Positions 17,834-27,316 of a stretch of DNA of 64,000 bases are shown here, one piece after another. A program made the translations under genes and the position numbers. The stretch is from Bacteroidales bacterium UBA5429. GTDB lineage: Bacteria; Bacteroidota; Bacteroidia; Bacteroidales; WCHB1-69. The stretch covers positions 20,073 through 84,072 of the forward strand of contig DIRT01000037.1 in the NCBI GenBank assembly GCA_002427605.1, in the 5' to 3' direction. A model generated the notes under the pieces. It saw only the letters and a list, made by a program, of their open reading frames with translations. It was not told the origin of the DNA and ran no database searches. Numbering within the stretch: the first letter of the stretch is position 1; each line of letters begins with the position of its first letter.

Positions 17834-19207
17834 ATGACACTGACCATTTTAGCTATTGTAATTATCCTGTTGATAATTGTGAATATAATTATTACTTTCT
17901 CGAAAAAGGGAAAGGATGAGGTGAATCCGCAAATTAAGAATCTGGAAGATTCGATGATTAAGTTTGATGCTACTTTGGAGAAGATAGACAAACTGGTTAA
18001 GGATGAATTCCAAAGAAACAGGACGGAAACCCACGATATTACTCAGAAAAATCGCGAGGAACTTTCGAAAAGTTTGAAGTTGTTTGGGGATCAGTTTACC
18101 GAAAACACAAAGGAGTTGAAGGAGTTGCTGAGACTCAATTTTGGAGAGTTTTCAAAACGACAAGTTGAAATCAGTGAGCAAACGACAAAGCAAACCAAAG
18201 AGATCAAACAGTCGGTTGAAACGGAGTTGAAGAATATTCGGGAAGATAATACCAAACAGCTGAACGAAATGAGAAATACTGTTGATGAAAAATTGCAAAA
18301 AACCTTGAATGAGCGGTTAAGTCAATCGTTTGAAACCGTAGGAAAGCAATTGCAGGCTGTTCAGGAAGGATTGGGAGAGATGAAAAACCTCGCAACCGAT
18401 GTGGGTAGTTTGAAACGGGTGTTGAGTAATGTCAAGATGCGTGGTGGGATTGGAGAAATTCAGTTGGAGATGCTATTGGAGCAAATTCTGGCTCCGGATC
18501 AATATGAAGCTAATGTAAAAACCAAAGCAAACAGCGATAATGTTGTAGAGTTTGCCATTAAACTGCCGGGTCGGGACGAAACAGCACCCAATGTGTGGTT
18601 GCCGATTGATGCCAAATTCCCTAAAGATCGATATGAACAGTTGCAAGATGCTTACGACGATGGAGATCCTGCTCATATTCAAGCTGCGCAGAAAAGTTTG
18701 GAAGATACCATCAAAAGTATGGCTAAAGATATCAGTGATAAATACTTGGATCCGCCCAACACAACTGATTTTGGAATTATGTTTTTACCGTTTGAAGGAA
18801 TCTATGCTGAAGTGGTGCGTAAAGCAGCTTTACTGGAAGATTTGCAAAGAAATTATAAGGTGATTGTAACCGGTCCGACTACTCTGGCAGCGATTTTGAA
18901 TAGTTTACAAATGGGATTCAAGACGTTGGCTATTCAGAAAAGAAGTAGTGAAGTTTGGCAAGTTTTGGGAGCAGTGAAAAAAGAGTTTGATAACTTTGGT
19001 GGGTTAATTGAAAAAGCGCAAAAGAATATTCAGACAGGTCTTAATCAGTTGGATACACTGGCAGGTACAAGAACTAGGGCTATTCAACGAAAATTGAGAA
19101 ATGTTGAGTCTTTGAGTGAAGGTGAAGCCCAAGCTATACTTTCTCTTCCGGATTCCGTTTTATTGGATGATGATGAAGAAGAATACGAAGAAGAAAATGA
19201 ATTATAA
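17834..19207 (+). CDS. rmuC: DNA recombination protein RmuC
   Basis: N-terminal TM, long coiled coil, C-terminal RmuC nuclease-like core (FAIKLPG...VWLPIDAKFP...MFLPFEGIYAE). Confidence 0.9.
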   Translation: MTLTILAIVIILLIIVNIIITFSKKGKDEVNPQIKNLEDSMIKFDATLEKIDKLVKDEFQRNRTETHDITQKNREELSKSLKLFGDQFTENTKELKELLRLNFGEFSKRQVEISEQTTKQTKEIKQSVETELKNIREDNTKQLNEMRNTVDEKLQKTLNERLSQSFETVGKQLQAVQEGLGEMKNLATDVGSLKRVLSNVKMRGGIGEIQLEMLLEQILAPDQYEANVKTKANSDNVVEFAIKLPGRDETAPNVWLPIDAKFPKDRYEQLQDAYDDGDPAHIQAAQKSLEDTIKSMAKDISDKYLDPPNTTDFGIMFLPFEGIYAEVVRKAALLEDLQRNYKVIVTGPTTLAAILNSLQMGFKTLAIQKRSSEVWQVLGAVKKEFDNFGGLIEKAQKNIQTGLNQLDTLAGTRTRAIQRKLRNVESLSEGEAQAILSLPDSVLLDDDEEEYEEENEL

Positions 19208-19227
19208 AAGCAAATAATAAGTAAAAG

Positions 19228-19626
19228 ATGAGTACAAAAAGAGTTTCCCCCCAGTGGATTAATAAATTAGAAGCTAACGAAATTTTTGTTTTTGGAAGTA
19301 ATTTAGAGGGAATGCATGGCGGTGGTGCAGCTGCAGTAGCCAGGAAGTGGGGAGCGATTTGGGGACAAGGGGTTGGGCTACAAGGACAAACCTACGCTAT
19401 TCCGACCATGCAAGGTGGAGTTGAAACGATTAAACCCTATGTGGATGAGTTTTTAGCTTTTGCAAAATCACATCCGGAGCTCAAGTTTTTGGTAACGGAA
19501 ATAGGCTGTGGTATTGCAGGTTTTACAGTACAAGAGATTGCCCCTTTGTTCAAAGCAGCACTGGATGAAAATATTGAAAATGTTTATCTACCTCAGCGCT
19601 TTTACGAGGTGTTGAGTCCGATGTAA
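19228..19626 (+). CDS. small conserved protein, A1S_2505-like phage non-structural protein family (SLOG/LOG-like fold suspected)
   Basis: NEIFVFGSNLEGMHGGGAAAVA...GQTYAIPT pattern recalled from that family; 132 aa. Confidence 0.55.
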   Translation: MSTKRVSPQWINKLEANEIFVFGSNLEGMHGGGAAAVARKWGAIWGQGVGLQGQTYAIPTMQGGVETIKPYVDEFLAFAKSHPELKFLVTEIGCGIAGFTVQEIAPLFKAALDENIENVYLPQRFYEVLSPM

Positions 19627-19687
19627 TAAACGATAGTATCCTGTGCAAACAGAATAATTGGTGCTTTCCTCAAAGCGTGTAATGTTA

Positions 19688-19746
19688 GAGTGGGGAAAGG
19701 GGACAACAAAAGAGTAATTCCTATGCTGCCCCCCTTTTATTTAAAA
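19688..19746 (+). repeat. two-box intergenic element, copy D
   Basis: gagtgggg at 19688-19695 and ctgcccccc at 19726-19734, offset 38 nt, then ttttatttaaaa. Confidence 0.75.
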
Positions 19747-19778
19747 TACCAAATAAGAAATAAGAAATTAGAAATATG
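19744..19778. repeat. heptad array aaatacc aaataag aaataag aaattag aaatatg (plus ctaaatt x2 at 19824-19837)
   Basis: Five units in register, abutting element copy D. Confidence 0.75.
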
Positions 19779-19855
19779 AAGTAAATCTATTACTAAGTGT
19801 AAATAGCTGATAGTTAGATAGTACTAAATTCTAAATTTGCTATCCGGTTGAGGTA

Positions 19856-22312
19856 TTAGATGAAAAGATTGATTCTTGCATCGTCGGCGCGTTCCATATA
19901 GGTGGCAACACCGCCCACTGTAACGACATCAAGAAGTTCCTCTTTTCTTACGCCCATCATATCCATTGACATTTGACAAGCGATAAACTCAACTCCATTT
20001 TGAAGTGCTTGTTCACGTAAAGATTCTAATGAATCGATTCCTTTTTCCTTCATTAAGTGGCGCATTAATCGATCACCCAAGCCCCACATGGAAAGTTTGG
20101 AAAGTTTGAGTTTGAGCGAGTGAGAAGGTAACATAAAGGAGAACATTTTGTCAAAGAATCCTTTTTTAAGTTTGGGCTTGTTTACCTTTTTAATTACATT
20201 CAATCCCCAGAAAGTAAAGAATATGGTTACTTTATCGCCTGAAGCGGCTGCTCCATTAGCCAATACCATGGTAGCCAATGCTTTATCCAAGTCATCACTA
20301 AACATGATGAAAGTTCTGTTTTTCTCTCCGGTGCTCAATGTGGCGCCTTGAGTTGCTCTCTTGATTCCTTTTTCAACAATAGCTTCATAGATTCCTTTGT
20401 CAGAGGAGGTAGAGATTAAAAGGTTCTGTGTAGAGTTGCACCAGGCTTCAACATCTCTGATAAATCCGGGATCAGTTGAGGTTACTGTAATTTGATCACC
20501 ACTGTTGGCATCATCAACTGCTTTGCGTAACTTTAGGATTGGTCCGGGACATTGTAATCCGGTTGCATCAATCGTGATCATATTTTTTACTTCCCGCATG
20601 AAGCTTACCTGCGCGTCATCAGCTAATTTGGGTCCCTTGAATAGAGGGAGTTCTTGATTGACAATTGGAGCTACTGCTACAGAGTAGGTGGTGTATCCCC
20701 CTGATAGATTTTTTACGTCATTGAAGTGATTTGCTTTCAAAATGTTGGAAGCCAGGTAACCTCTCAGACCAATGGCACAAAAGATAACAATCGGTTTATC
20801 TTTTGGAATTTCATTCATTCTGGAGCGTAACTCATCAACAGGAATATTGATAGATCCGGGAATAGTACCCATGGCAACTTCATCCACAGTTCTTACATCA
20901 ATCAAGGTTACTTTTTCCAAATCGAGTTCCTTAACCTCTCTCCAGGAGACAATATCCATCTTTTTACTGAGGATATTGTTAGCAACATATCCGGCGATAG
21001 TGATAGGATCTTTAGCAGAAGAGAATGGAGGAGCATAACAATGTTCAACAGCCATTAAATCGTAGATTGTTTTTCCCATTTTAATGAGTAGGGAGATCTG
21101 GTCGATTCTTTTATCTACACCGTCATATCCAACTCCCTGAGCTCCCAAAATGCGTCCTGTTTCGGGTTCAAAAGTGATTTTTAAGGAGATACGTGTTGAT
21201 CCGGGATAGTATCCGGCATGTGAACCGGAGTGTGTCCAGGAACTGATGTAGGGTATATCCAGTGATTTTAGCTTTTTAGCAGCTAATCCGGTAGAAGCAA
21301 CGGTGATGTCGAAAATCTTAGCGATAGAAGTACCAATTGCTCCCTCATAGGGTTCCTTGTTGCCGAAAACCATATTGTCAGCTACCAGTCTTCCCTGACG
21401 ATTGGCGGGGTTAGCCAGGTAATTCATCCAGGGTTTTCCTGTGATAGGGTGTGGAAACTCAATGGCATCACCCACGGCATAGATATCTTTTACAGAGGTT
21501 TCCAAGTATTCATTAACCCAGATTCCTCTGGCTTCTCCAATTTTAATTCCTGAATCTTGTAAAAAGCCGATCTCGGGTCTAACTCCAATAGAAAGAATCA
21601 CGACATCGGTTTCTATCATTTTTCCACTTTCGAGATAAACGAGAATGGAGTCCTCATTTTTTTGAAATTTGGTAACAGACTCGCCGAGGTGGAGTTGCAC
21701 ACCTTTTTCAGTAAGATGACGGTGAACAAGTTGAGCCATCGAGAAATCGATAGGAGCCATCACCTGATCTAACTTCTCAGCAATATGTACTTGAGCACCC
21801 AGGTGGTGTAAGTTTTCCGCCATCTCCAATCCAATAAATCCGGCACCCACAATCAGTGCTCTTTTGATCACTTTTTCACTGACATACTTTTTAATTCTGT
21901 CGGTATCCGGAATATTTCTTAGTGAGAAAACTCCATCCAGGTCGATTCCTTCAATGTTTGGTCTGATGGGAGCGGCTCCGGGAGAGAGCAAAAGTTTGTC
22001 GTAAGACTCTTGATAAATAGCTCCATTTTCATTTTTAACATGAACTATCTTTTTCTCAGGATCGATTCGTACTACCTCATTTTGAACACGGACATCGGCA
22101 TTAAAGCGAGTTCCAAAAGTGGTAGGTGTTTGCAATAAAAGTCGGCTTCTTTCACTAATCACCCCTCCAATATAGTAAGGTAATCCACAATTAGCGTACG
22201 AAATGTAACTTCCTTTTTCTAAAATGATAATTTCTGCATTTTCATCATTTCTTCTGATTCTGGCTGCTGCGGTAGCGCCTCCGGCTACTCCGCCTACAAT
22301 GACATGTTTCAT
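19856..22312 (-). CDS. CoA-disulfide/persulfide-reductase-like flavoprotein fused to rhodanese, TusA-like and DsrE/DrsE-like domains
   Basis: GVAGGATAAAR FAD motif, redox Cys in SYANCGLPYY, rhodanese Cys in VIFCAIGLRG, TusA motif GLQCPGP, C-terminal DsrE-like FIACQMSMDMMG. Confidence 0.8.
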   Translation of the reverse strand: MKHVIVGGVAGGATAAARIRRNDENAEIIILEKGSYISYANCGLPYYIGGVISERSRLLLQTPTTFGTRFNADVRVQNEVVRIDPEKKIVHVKNENGAIYQESYDKLLLSPGAAPIRPNIEGIDLDGVFSLRNIPDTDRIKKYVSEKVIKRALIVGAGFIGLEMAENLHHLGAQVHIAEKLDQVMAPIDFSMAQLVHRHLTEKGVQLHLGESVTKFQKNEDSILVYLESGKMIETDVVILSIGVRPEIGFLQDSGIKIGEARGIWVNEYLETSVKDIYAVGDAIEFPHPITGKPWMNYLANPANRQGRLVADNMVFGNKEPYEGAIGTSIAKIFDITVASTGLAAKKLKSLDIPYISSWTHSGSHAGYYPGSTRISLKITFEPETGRILGAQGVGYDGVDKRIDQISLLIKMGKTIYDLMAVEHCYAPPFSSAKDPITIAGYVANNILSKKMDIVSWREVKELDLEKVTLIDVRTVDEVAMGTIPGSINIPVDELRSRMNEIPKDKPIVIFCAIGLRGYLASNILKANHFNDVKNLSGGYTTYSVAVAPIVNQELPLFKGPKLADDAQVSFMREVKNMITIDATGLQCPGPILKLRKAVDDANSGDQITVTSTDPGFIRDVEAWCNSTQNLLISTSSDKGIYEAIVEKGIKRATQGATLSTGEKNRTFIMFSDDLDKALATMVLANGAAASGDKVTIFFTFWGLNVIKKVNKPKLKKGFFDKMFSFMLPSHSLKLKLSKLSMWGLGDRLMRHLMKEKGIDSLESLREQALQNGVEFIACQMSMDMMGVRKEELLDVVTVGGVATYMERADDARINLFI

Positions 22313-22342
22313 GGTTTTTAAAGTTTTTATTTTGTTTTATGG

Positions 22343-23503
22343 TTATGAGTTGTTAAAGCTAAAAAGATTGTGCAAAGATAGTTTATTATTCAATGGGTTA
22401 GCATAAATTTCTAAAAATTTTTTCTCTAAGCTACAGTAATCGTCAATATCGGTAATTTTAGAGAGTTGTTTATGCATGTAAGTTTTAAATTGCTCCATCT
22501 CGTCAGAACTGTATTGACTGCTATAGTTAGCTCTTTTACGTAAAAGGTCATGTGCAATGTAATTGTTGTTCCAAAGTTGATAATTATTGATTATTCTTTC
22601 ATCTACCAATTGAGTCAATTCATTACAAAAAAGGGTGTAATTATCTGATAATGAAGCTATTTCTTTTTCTGAAATAGGTTCTGTAATCACCATGGAAACT
22701 TTTCCTTTAGGTTGATTGATTCCGTACAAAATACTTTCTAAATCCTCCTCTTTTCGTTTGTTATAGATCCCGCTTAACTCCTTTAAAAAGACCTCTCTTA
22801 CTTTCATAAAGTCACATGACTCATATTGGTAGGAGATGGCTATAGGTGTTATGTTCATCTCTATAAAATGATCTTTAAAGCGCTTTCTTTGCGACACGGA
22901 ATACATTTTGATTAATCCCGGATCAGTTCTGTCTATTCCATCTTTAGTTCTTCCATTCCGCTGGGCAATCCATGTGGATTTCTTTTTCTGAGTGATGGTA
23001 TATTGCAAATAATCGGATAGGGAAGTTAGTTTGTGATATAATTCCCGGGAGGTTCCGCTTCGGTCTGTTTTGTACATCAGGCATGACTTTCCAATATCGA
23101 TAATTAGGGGATTCATCATCAGATTACTCCCGAAAGAAATTTCGATAAGTTCATCAAGGTTCTCAAAATAAAGTACTTGCAGTATCAATGCATCCATGAC
23201 AATATCTCTATGATTGGAAATAAAGGAGTATGCCTGATCTTTTTTGATTCTCTCCAGTCCGGTAACGATGAGCTCATCTGTTGTTTTCTCAATTGTTTTT
23301 TTCGCTAAAACCCACGCAAATTTTCGATGAAACTCTTTGATCGTTTTAACGTTGATCAACTCTTGTTTAAGCTGTTCAAAGGGAGTTTCTGGGAGTAAAG
23401 AATGACAGATCATTTGAAACTCTTTGGAATGAGCAATTCTAACAAAGGCTTCCTGCGCCTCCTGGTCGTTGTATGGTCTGATATGTTCAAATTGTTTTTC
23501 CAT
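22343..23503 (-). CDS. PlsC-family acyltransferase (last gene of the pigment operon)
   Basis: FISNHRDIVMDA acyltransferase motif and AQRNGRTKDG motif. Confidence 0.6.
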   Translation of the reverse strand: MEKQFEHIRPYNDQEAQEAFVRIAHSKEFQMICHSLLPETPFEQLKQELINVKTIKEFHRKFAWVLAKKTIEKTTDELIVTGLERIKKDQAYSFISNHRDIVMDALILQVLYFENLDELIEISFGSNLMMNPLIIDIGKSCLMYKTDRSGTSRELYHKLTSLSDYLQYTITQKKKSTWIAQRNGRTKDGIDRTDPGLIKMYSVSQRKRFKDHFIEMNITPIAISYQYESCDFMKVREVFLKELSGIYNKRKEEDLESILYGINQPKGKVSMVITEPISEKEIASLSDNYTLFCNELTQLVDERIINNYQLWNNNYIAHDLLRKRANYSSQYSSDEMEQFKTYMHKQLSKITDIDDYCSLEKKFLEIYANPLNNKLSLHNLFSFNNS

Positions 23504-23517
23504 TTTCTGTTTATTTC

Positions 23518-24813
23518 CTATTTACGTTCATCAAAGAATTTAATGGGTTTACGTTTGATTTCAGGGGTTTGAATCTTTTGAATAGTTTCAATTGACTCAA
23601 ATATCACTTCCGGAGCAACCCGTAGTCTGGCTCTGAACTTATCTTTGATCTCTTTTTCCATCTCTTCGCTTTGGGTTCGTGTTCCCACTTTGACAGTGAG
23701 TTGATCCGTTCCAATCTCATTAGTGGATACATAAACCAGATAGTTTTCAACGTAGCTAATTTGCTCCAATACATCAAAAATAGCGTATGGATAAAGAGTT
23801 GTTCCCTTGAATTTAATCATCTGATTTTTTCTTCCGATGATGGGACTGATTCGAGGTGTATTTCTGCCACAGCTACAAGGTTCATAATGAAAACGACACA
23901 TATCACCGGTTTTGTATCGTAACAGAGGCATCGCTTCAACTCCCAAAGTGGTTACTACCAACTCTCCATATTCTCCCTCTTTTACTACATTGCCTTCATC
24001 ATCAATCAGTTCACAGATAATCAATTCCGGATGGAGGTGTCCTCCTTTTTGAGCGGTACACTCTGTGAAGCTGGTAGACATTTCAGTTGAGGCGTAGGTC
24101 GAATAGAGCTCAATATCCCATTTGTCTTTAATTTTTTGTCCCAACAGATTGAGTGAAAAGTCTTGCTCCCGAAGATTTTCCCCGATACAAATTGCTTTTT
24201 TTACTCCAAACTGGTGATAATCAATATTGTTTTCCTCAGCATATTGGATAATCTTGAGTATGAAGGAGGGTACAACAATGAGAGTATCAGGATAAATTCG
24301 TCGGATTGTATCCCACTGTAGTTCAGGAATTCCATTGCCCACTCTAATGATGCCGGCACCCAACATGCGAACACCTAAAAAGTAGGCTAATCCGGCCATA
24401 AACCGTTTGTCAATCGTAGTCATTAATTGAAAAATGTCGCCCGGTTTAGAGCCTGTTCCCATGAAGGAGATCGCTTCATTGTACGCTAAACGCTCCAAGT
24501 CACGATCACTCATGGCAAATGTAACAGGATCTCCTGATGTACCTGAAGTGGTGATATAGTCGATAATTTTCTCTTTTGGAGTACACAAGAATTCTTTGTT
24601 ATGCTCATGTAGAGCAGACTTTTCAGTGAATGGGATCAACTGTAATTGTTCTATTGTTTTGATTGCCTCTATCTCAATTTGCTCCTCTTGAAACAATTTT
24701 TGATAAAATGGAGAATGTGCTTTCAAATATTGTAATGCACTTTGAAGCTTTTCTTCCTGAAAAGCAATGATTTCTTCTAAAGGTTGAAATTCTATAGTAG
24801 GATCTTTAATCAT
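23518..24813 (-). CDS. PaaK-like (phenylacetate-CoA ligase / F390 synthetase family) adenylate-forming enzyme
   Basis: TSGTSGDP, YASTE and RYKTGD motifs; 431 aa. Confidence 0.85.
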   Translation of the reverse strand: MIKDPTIEFQPLEEIIAFQEEKLQSALQYLKAHSPFYQKLFQEEQIEIEAIKTIEQLQLIPFTEKSALHEHNKEFLCTPKEKIIDYITTSGTSGDPVTFAMSDRDLERLAYNEAISFMGTGSKPGDIFQLMTTIDKRFMAGLAYFLGVRMLGAGIIRVGNGIPELQWDTIRRIYPDTLIVVPSFILKIIQYAEENNIDYHQFGVKKAICIGENLREQDFSLNLLGQKIKDKWDIELYSTYASTEMSTSFTECTAQKGGHLHPELIICELIDDEGNVVKEGEYGELVVTTLGVEAMPLLRYKTGDMCRFHYEPCSCGRNTPRISPIIGRKNQMIKFKGTTLYPYAIFDVLEQISYVENYLVYVSTNEIGTDQLTVKVGTRTQSEEMEKEIKDKFRARLRVAPEVIFESIETIQKIQTPEIKRKPIKFFDERK

Positions 24814-24819
24814 AATAAT

Positions 24820-25680
24820 TTAATTGATAATTTTTTCACTTTTAAGCCATTCGATCATATCATTAAACCAGGTGAAGATCTGATCTTTAGGGTTAGGGTG
24901 GGCTCCAAATCCATGTCCACCTGTTTCATACAAAAATAGTTTTGAAGATATATTCGATTTTTTCAAGGCTTCTGCCATGAGCAAGGCGTTATGGTAATCC
25001 ACAACAGGGTCATCTTTTGCTTGAATAACGAGGATATTCTCCATTTCCGGATGAACATTTTTCTCTAATGACATTTTTTGAACTAGTTCTTCCGGTTTTT
25101 TTCTTCCGATGAGGTTTTTCCTGGATCTACGATGAGCGTAAGGGTCTTCCATAGTGACAACAGGATATACCATCACGGTAAATAAGGGTTTGAGAGACTC
25201 CTTCGTTTCAATTCCCAGCGGCTTTAAATAATCCTCATTGAAATAGGTGGCGGCTGTTCCTACCAGGTGTCCTCCGGCAGAAAACCCGATTAGTCCAACA
25301 CGATCTGCCGAATAGCTGTATTCTGAAGCACGTTCTTTGACGAGCTGTATGGCACGCTGTATATCCTGAATCATGGCCGGATGACGATGTCCCATAAATC
25401 CCACCCGATATCTTAAAACTATGGCTGTAAATCCTTCAGCAGAGAGCATTTTGGCAATCTCATGTCCTTCATGTTTCATTCCCAGATGGTGATAACTTCC
25501 ACCGGGACAAATAATGATTGCAGTGTGGTTATCCCTTGCAGAATCTGGGGTATAGTAGTACATTTTTGCCCACCGGCATGGAATTTTGGTGTTTTTCCAT
25601 ATTGTAACATCCTGTGCATTAAGGAGTTGAATTAAGAAGACAAAAATTAAACTATAAATAAATGCTCTTTTCATAATCAT
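24820..25680 (-). CDS. secreted alpha/beta hydrolase (esterase)
   Basis: Signal peptide, oxyanion CPGGSYHH, nucleophile elbow GFSAGGH, C-terminal GGHGF. Confidence 0.8.
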   Translation of the reverse strand: MIMKRAFIYSLIFVFLIQLLNAQDVTIWKNTKIPCRWAKMYYYTPDSARDNHTAIIICPGGSYHHLGMKHEGHEIAKMLSAEGFTAIVLRYRVGFMGHRHPAMIQDIQRAIQLVKERASEYSYSADRVGLIGFSAGGHLVGTAATYFNEDYLKPLGIETKESLKPLFTVMVYPVVTMEDPYAHRRSRKNLIGRKKPEELVQKMSLEKNVHPEMENILVIQAKDDPVVDYHNALLMAEALKKSNISSKLFLYETGGHGFGAHPNPKDQIFTWFNDMIEWLKSEKIIN

Positions 25681-26020
25681 TCAGTTGCGTCCATCGAGGG
25701 TTAGTTAATCTATTTTGTTCAATATCAAATTGAACAAGGTAATACACTTCATCATAAAAGTTCAATTTGGAGTTCATACCCGGTGCACATTCAAGGTAGA
25801 TCATCTTTTCCGGTAGAATATGAAAAGCTTCACAGATCTGTTCCGCCAAGGAGCAGGTTACTGAAGTAATGGTTGTCCCGGGATTCTCTTTGTATAGTTC
25901 TGTAACGATGACAATGGTCTGTTCTCCTTTTTGTGATATTTTCAATCCACAACGGGAGGGCATATCAAAGGAGCCTTTGAAGTCAAATGTTTGATCTATA
26001 TGATAATGAGTTAGTTCCAT
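25652..26020 (-). CDS. hypothetical 122-aa protein
   Basis: ORF in operon register, overlaps the downstream gene by 29 nt; no recognised motif. Confidence 0.45.
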   Translation of the reverse strand: MELTHYHIDQTFDFKGSFDMPSRCGLKISQKGEQTIVIVTELYKENPGTTITSVTCSLAEQICEAFHILPEKMIYLECAPGMNSKLNFYDEVYYLVQFDIEQNRLTNPRWTQLNDYEKSIYL

Positions 26021-26032
26021 TTTACTCTATTT

Positions 26033-27298
26033 TTAACGAATCACTTGTTTCCCAAAGGATTGGTTTGCTAAATCTCTTCTTCTTGGAACAAAGGTGCCAT
26101 CCTCCATTTCTTTCATAATCACTTTTGTAAAGAGTTTGAACATCTTTAGCTCTTGGGATTCATCTTTGTAGAAGCTATCCCAGGCATATTGATAGAGTTC
26201 TTGTAGTCTTTCCGGACTCATATTTTTAGGCTGATATACCACTTGTCCGGCATTATAGTTGTTCCAATCTTTGTCAAATATTCTTCCCTGACGATATAAG
26301 TCATCCCAAACTTTGGTATGGGGGAAAGGAGTGAGGATAGTAAACTCAGCAAGGTCTAAATCAATCTCTAACAGAAAGTCAATCAATCGTTTGATATCAT
26401 CCTCAGTTTGATCATCCAAGCCCAGCAGGATAGTTCCCTCAACGCCAATTCCGTGGTCATGGTATCTTTTAATTCTCTCTTTGATAAAGTCTGAGGTGTC
26501 AAATACAGCTTGGTACACATACCAGGCACCTGCTTTGGCAGCTAAATCAAGAATTTCCGGATCATCAGCAATGGTATGACTGATCCATTTCTTCTTGAGT
26601 GGTGCAATCGCTCTGAACAGTTCCGCTACCCACTCTTTATCCTGGGCAAGCGAGTTATCAACAATAAAGAGACGATTATTTTGTATACTGGCCATCTCTT
26701 CCACTACCTTATCCATGGGACGTGCTCTGAATTTTCTTCCTCCCAAATAGGAAACGGCACAAGGATAGCAACTGAATCGACATCCACGGGAGGCATGGAA
26801 AAGGTCCACCATTTGTACTCCTTTGTGGTTGTACAGAGAACGATTGAGGATATCTCTTCTGGCAGGTCCTACCCATTCAATAGGAGGGTGTTCATTGAGG
26901 AAGTTGTACACCTTTTTAAGTTCTCCCTTTTTGAAATCATTCATCACTTCTTCCATTCGTCCCTCTGATTCTCCCAGGAATATTGAATCTGCATGAAGCA
27001 TAGTCTCCTCTGCGTGCAACATGGTGGAAATACCTCCAAAAATCACTTTAATGCCTTTGTCACGATAAATTTTAGCAATTTCATAACCTCGCTTAATCTG
27101 AACTGTCAGCATCATGGAGATGCCCACAAAATCTACCGCTTCATCAAAATTGAGTTCTTCCACATTTTCATCGGTAAAGGAGACCTCAATATCTTCCGGT
27201 AAGGATGCTGCCATCACTACCGGACCGTGAGGTGGAAGATTAAAAGTGGTCTGTCCTTCCAGTTTTCTCCATTTGGGGTAGATTATTTTAAATTTCAT
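26033..27298 (-). CDS. B12-binding-domain radical SAM enzyme (copy 1)
   Basis: N-terminal B12-like domain and CRFSCYPC (CxxxCxxC) cluster motif. Confidence 0.8.
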   Translation of the reverse strand: MKFKIIYPKWRKLEGQTTFNLPPHGPVVMAASLPEDIEVSFTDENVEELNFDEAVDFVGISMMLTVQIKRGYEIAKIYRDKGIKVIFGGISTMLHAEETMLHADSIFLGESEGRMEEVMNDFKKGELKKVYNFLNEHPPIEWVGPARRDILNRSLYNHKGVQMVDLFHASRGCRFSCYPCAVSYLGGRKFRARPMDKVVEEMASIQNNRLFIVDNSLAQDKEWVAELFRAIAPLKKKWISHTIADDPEILDLAAKAGAWYVYQAVFDTSDFIKERIKRYHDHGIGVEGTILLGLDDQTEDDIKRLIDFLLEIDLDLAEFTILTPFPHTKVWDDLYRQGRIFDKDWNNYNAGQVVYQPKNMSPERLQELYQYAWDSFYKDESQELKMFKLFTKVIMKEMEDGTFVPRRRDLANQSFGKQVIR

Positions 27299-27316
27299 AT
27301 TGTTGATTTTTAATTA

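Noticed and set aside
11870-19855. Genomic island or prophage integrated at tmRNA (or at tRNA-Ser 47473-47559)
   Set aside because: There is no integrase, no phage genes, and no direct repeat of the tmRNA or tRNA 3' end that I could find downstream. Only the RM gene looks foreign.
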